Below are positions 60,245 to 64,000 of a stretch of DNA of 64,000 bases, one piece after another (the first letter of the stretch is position 1; the number at the start of each line of letters is the position of its first letter). The notes below the pieces were generated by a model that saw only the letters and a list, made by a program, of their open reading frames with translations, was not told the DNA's origin and ran no database searches. The stretch covers positions 63,598 through 127,597 of the forward strand of contig CBFGIT010000006.1 in assembly GCA_965648905.1 (NCBI GenBank), written 5' to 3'. A program made the translations under genes and the position numbers. Origin of the DNA: a candidate division WOR-3 bacterium. GTDB taxonomy: Bacteria > Hydrothermota > Tepidihabitantia > Tepidihabitantales > Tepidihabitantaceae.

Positions 60245-60620
60245 CGCGCAACACTCAGCGCTCAGCGTTCATCATTCGACTCTCACTTCTCCAGATTGTC
60301 AAAGAGCTGTCCCCAGATCCCTCCGTCAGTACCCGATTCGCCCGGCACCTCTTCGTGTCCTGGCGCCTTGGCGGCGAACGACCCTGTTTCTATTGCAGGC
60401 ACCCACTTCGCCTGCTACAATGATGCGGGCAGCATGGAGCGCAAGCTCCAATACCTGAAGTTCTTGGCGGAACGGCAGGCGCTGCCCTTTCACTTTCAAG
60501 GGCCAGCCAAGGGAAAGGCGCTACGTCACCGAGGCTCCCCTCTTGGTCATTGGTAATTGGTCAATGGTCATTCGCGCCCAGTATCCTGTATGCTGTCTAC
60601 TGTATTCTCGGCACCACGAC

Positions 60621-63104
60621 TCATTTCACCACCACCACGCGCCGCACCGAGCTCTCCTGCGCGGTCCTCACGAAGTACACGCCCTCGGGCAGGCTGCGAA
60701 CGTCGTTCGTGCCCGGCTTCAGGTCAGTGACCCTGCGCCCCGCCGCGTTCACGAGTTCCACCCTGTATCCTTCATGCTGTCTACTGTCTACTTCAGGCAA
60801 CACCAGGCTGCCTCGTACAATGCTGGTCCCCGGCGCAGTGCGTGATGCGTAGAGCGTAAAGCGTCCCGCGATACCGACCGACGTATCGCGGAGCACCGAC
60901 AGACTCGACCCAAGGTAGTTCGCCACATACGTTCTGCCCGTGCTCGGGTCCCAGACCAGCTTGTTCGGCTCACGCCCAACCGTAACCCGGGCGACTAGTA
61001 CGCTCGTGGCGCCGTCGATGACGTACACGCTGTCTGACCCGGCGCAGGCACAGTAGACCCGGTTACGGACAGAGTCGTAGCTCAGCGCCTCCGGCCTCTG
61101 GCCAACAGCCACGGTGGCAATCACGCTATCATTCGTGCAGTCGATGACACTTACCGTGCCGTCGGTCCGGTTAGCGCAGTAGACACGGTCCTCGGCCGAG
61201 TTGTAGCGCAACGCCGAGGGCTGGTTCCCGACGCGCACCGTCGCCACGGCGCTGTCGCGAACGCCGTCTATCACTGTCACCCGGTCGCCCCATTCGCTCG
61301 CGATGTATACCTTGTTCTGCCGGCTGCTCCAGCACATCGGCCCGGGCCACTGGCCGGTCGGAACCGTCGCGATGACCGTGTCCGACGTTCCGTCAATCAC
61401 CGAGACCGTACCACTACCGTAGTTGGCACAATAGACCTTGTTCGACGTCGGGTTGAATAGCAGCGCCCGCGGCCGGTTTCCCACAACCACGGTTGCCAGC
61501 ACAGTGTCAGCGTAGCCGTCAATAACGGTAACGGTCGAATCCTGCACCGGCCACATTCCGTAGTTGGCCACGTACGCCTTGCTGCCGACCGGGGTGACTT
61601 CGATGTCACACGGCCCGCTGCCCGCAGGCAAGCGTGCGATGGGGCACAGCGAGTCCGCATCGAGAACCACGACCGTCCTAGCAGCGCCGGCAGCGCAGTA
61701 CACCTTGCGGGTCAGCGGGTTGCCGTGCAGGGCAAGCAGGCTGTCACCTACGTAGACTGTGTGCACCGCTTTGCCCGCATCGGGGTCAGCCACCGTCAGC
61801 ATGCCGCTGCACAGGTTGGTGATGAAAACCCGCCGCGTCACGGGGTCGAACCATAGGTCAGTAGGGTAGTCACCGACGTAGACGCGGCCGAGCACCGAAT
61901 CCAGTGCCCCGTCTATGACCGCGATGTCATGTCCGACGCGTTCGGCGCAGAAGATCAAGCTGGCGGTAGTATCGATGCAGAGCGCTGTCGGCGTTGACCC
62001 TGGCTTGACTTCTCTAAGTAGCGTGTCCCGTGCGCCATCAATGACCGCCACCACGCCAGCGTTGGGCGTCGCACCATACAGCTTGTTGGACTGGCGGTTG
62101 TGGCAGAGGACCGATGGACGTCTGACGCCGATCGTGCCCATCAAGGTGTCTCCGCTACCATCAACGACGAGAATGTTGTCGTTCTGCGCGCTGGCACAGT
62201 AAAGCTTGCCCAAGACACTATTGTAGCCCAGAGCCATGATATAGGGTGTCGGCAGAAGACGGATGAGTGTGTCCGGGCCGCCGTCGATTATCCAGAGACT
62301 GCCACCAAGCTGGCGGTCAGCAGCATACACCTTATTCTCGTCCGCGTTGTAGCAGAGCTTGTGTGGGCTCGCCTCGCGACGCAATAGGAGCGTGATCACT
62401 CTGTTCGTTGCTCCGTCTATTACACATACCCGACCCGACCCGCCCTCTGGGCAGGCGACGTATATCTTGTTGCCGTGCGAGTTGTAGACGAGGTCCCACG
62501 CGTTGCTACTCACGAAGACGGCAGCGATGACTGAATCGAGTTCACCGGAGATAACCTTGACCAGGAACTGACCTCGGAGACTGCAGTATATCGTGTTCTG
62601 TCCCGAGTTGCAGCACAGAACCTGCGGCTTGCCACCGACCGGGAGCATCCTGATGAGGGTGTTGCGGCTGCCGTCGATGATGGTGATGGTGTTGCTGGAT
62701 TCGTCCGCGCAATAAACCTTGTTGTCCGGTTGGGTGCAGAGCAGGGCCGCGCCGCCGCGACCCGAGGGGATGCGGGCGACCTTCTGCCACGTACGGGCGT
62801 CAATCGCGATGACGCACTCGCTCACCTCGCTGGCAACGTAGACCTGATTGTTCATCGGGTTCCATGCGATGGCCCGCGGATAGCTCATCCCGGCGAGCGA
62901 GTCGGGCAGCCAGATTGTCGTCTCAAGGAATTGACCGTGAAGGGGAGCATACAGCAGACAAGAGATAGCGCACAGAAATACAGCCATCGTCGCTCGGCCG
63001 CTTCGCGCGGCCCGGGCCGGCGCACAGCTTCGGTTGTCATTCTCCGGCGCGGCGGCGCGCCGGGTTTGCCCGAACTCAAGAAACCTCGACAAGACGTTCC
63101 TCAC
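60621..63104 (-). CDS. Secreted double YncE/YVTN beta-propeller with short CTD
   Basis: GGAGG then GTG 63104; many NKVYCA..TVSVIDG..D repeats; NDVRSLPEGVYFV..RVVVVK. Confidence 0.88.
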   Translation of the reverse strand: MRNVLSRFLEFGQTRRAAAPENDNRSCAPARAARSGRATMAVFLCAISCLLYAPLHGQFLETTIWLPDSLAGMSYPRAIAWNPMNNQVYVASEVSECVIAIDARTWQKVARIPSGRGGAALLCTQPDNKVYCADESSNTITIIDGSRNTLIRMLPVGGKPQVLCCNSGQNTIYCSLRGQFLVKVISGELDSVIAAVFVSSNAWDLVYNSHGNKIYVACPEGGSGRVCVIDGATNRVITLLLRREASPHKLCYNADENKVYAADRQLGGSLWIIDGGPDTLIRLLPTPYIMALGYNSVLGKLYCASAQNDNILVVDGSGDTLMGTIGVRRPSVLCHNRQSNKLYGATPNAGVVAVIDGARDTLLREVKPGSTPTALCIDTTASLIFCAERVGHDIAVIDGALDSVLGRVYVGDYPTDLWFDPVTRRVFITNLCSGMLTVADPDAGKAVHTVYVGDSLLALHGNPLTRKVYCAAGAARTVVVLDADSLCPIARLPAGSGPCDIEVTPVGSKAYVANYGMWPVQDSTVTVIDGYADTVLATVVVGNRPRALLFNPTSNKVYCANYGSGTVSVIDGTSDTVIATVPTGQWPGPMCWSSRQNKVYIASEWGDRVTVIDGVRDSAVATVRVGNQPSALRYNSAEDRVYCANRTDGTVSVIDCTNDSVIATVAVGQRPEALSYDSVRNRVYCACAGSDSVYVIDGATSVLVARVTVGREPNKLVWDPSTGRTYVANYLGSSLSVLRDTSVGIAGRFTLYASRTAPGTSIVRGSLVLPEVDSRQHEGYRVELVNAAGRRVTDLKPGTNDVRSLPEGVYFVRTAQESSVRRVVVVK

Positions 63105-63271
63105 GGTCACCTCCAATACTGCGCTCGACGGTCACGGACTTGCGGATTGCCCGGCTGCCAATCGACAGTCAACATCGACATCGCTCCAAGCCCGTGTCAG
63201 GCTATCCGCTCTGCCACCATTATGAGCCCGCACGGTTGGATGTCAAGCATGAATCGCCCCCCCCATCTTGC

Positions 63272-63840
63272 TAACACCTTGCAGCTTCGTCACTTACCAG
63301 CCGCGCCATCTGACACGTGGCGGGAGGACCGCAGGGGGGTGATAATCGCAGCCCGACTGCCTCTTGCCTCGCACCCAGCCAGGATGCGCGGGCAGGCGGG
63401 TCTCCTGCTTCCCGTCGTGACCATGGCAACAGATTGACAGTCAACTAGTTACACGCGCAGGCCGGCCCTCGGGCACTTGTTCAGGCATGTCCAGTAGGCA
63501 GTTCCCTGAAGCACTCCTATTGTTACTCCAGTCTGGACGACCAGCGTGCTTGTTCGACTCGGCGGTCTCGGCAACTCAGATGACATGTCCGGCGGAATCT
63601 GAGAAGTCCAGCCAGTCCGCACTTGGCGCGGCATTGGTGTCGGCAGGAACTTCGTGACGCTGGCCGGCACGACTGACGCGACTTCACGCGGCGCCTGTTT
63701 CAGCACGACCTCCGGCACTTCAGGCATGACAGCCACCAGCACTTCACACGGCACGACCAGCAGCCCGGTTCAAAGCCCAGGGAGTTTTCAGCCTGGCTGT
63801 GCGTCCTGCTTGCGCCCTGCTGCCTGCCTGCTCCTCCCGA
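63272..63840 (-). repeat. 12-bp-periodic array with two IHF-like dyads (element 5)
   Basis: Dyads taacaccttgcagcttcgtcactta (63272-63296) and caacagattgacagtcaactagtta (63427-63451). The minus strand shows a 4-codon period (PCEV LVAV MPEV PEVV..PREV ASVV PASV). Confidence 0.6.
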
Positions 63841-63913
63841 CCTCAGGACCGCTGGCCAAGGAAGATCGAGTAATGTGAGTGCTATATGATTATGCCGATG
63901 CCGGAAGCCGAGC

Positions 63914-64000
63914 TTGACAGGAAAGCTGTCCCGCTTTCAATTGGTAGTAGCAAGTGTCCGTTAATGACCTACCAACGAAAGGAGACAGCAATGACTGTCG
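63914..64000 (+). promoter_or_regulatory. Promoter and SD for a gene starting at 63991 (runs out of the window)
   Basis: TTGACA-16-TTCAAT, then AAAGGAG and ATG ACT GTC. Confidence 0.55.

Noticed and set aside
60435..60556. Short ORF MERKLQYLKFLAERQ after a promoter-like TTGCAG-17-TACAAT
   Set aside because: About 40 codons ending in heptamer repeats, no recognisable family; possibly a gene stub but unsupported.

Overview
A 64-kb, GC-rich bacterial chromosome segment. The gene repertoire suggests an FCB-adjacent lineage such as candidate phylum WOR-3 (inference): many secreted peptidases and beta-propellers ending in a T9SS/FlgD-like C-terminal domain (CTD), Lys-rich Kelch modules, and a BamD-NadD-YajC-def-fmt-PASTA-rpe-ffh operon. 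Housekeeping blocks (glmM-glmS, trmFO, rdgB-manC, divIVA...ffh, tRNA-Arg/tRNA-Pro) alternate with accessory blocks. These hold giant modular secreted proteases (M14, C25), smaller M23/M28/FG-GAP/YVTN proteins, two decayed secreted-protein genes, a collapsed type I R-M locus keeping only a four-helix-bundle gene, and an IS256-like element with 25-bp IRs. The best unexplained signals are non-coding. (1) Two homologous, covarying ~80-90-nt hairpin RNA candidates with an identical GG-CUCGGUCA-CC loop face each other across yjbQ; one has an ECF-type promoter and a U-tract. (2) Five 330-460-bp elements consist of a degenerate 12-bp-periodic array running into an IHF-like YAA-N4-TTG-N5-CAA-N4-TTR dyad, and they sit at accessory-block borders. 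(3) Short 7/8/9-mer tandem tracts are concentrated in or beside CTD coding regions and around the four-helix-bundle gene. Also notable: eight promoters placed for leaderless transcripts (six with 16-bp spacers) and a CTG start for fmt. No CRISPR, rRNA, integrase or reverse transcriptase was seen.
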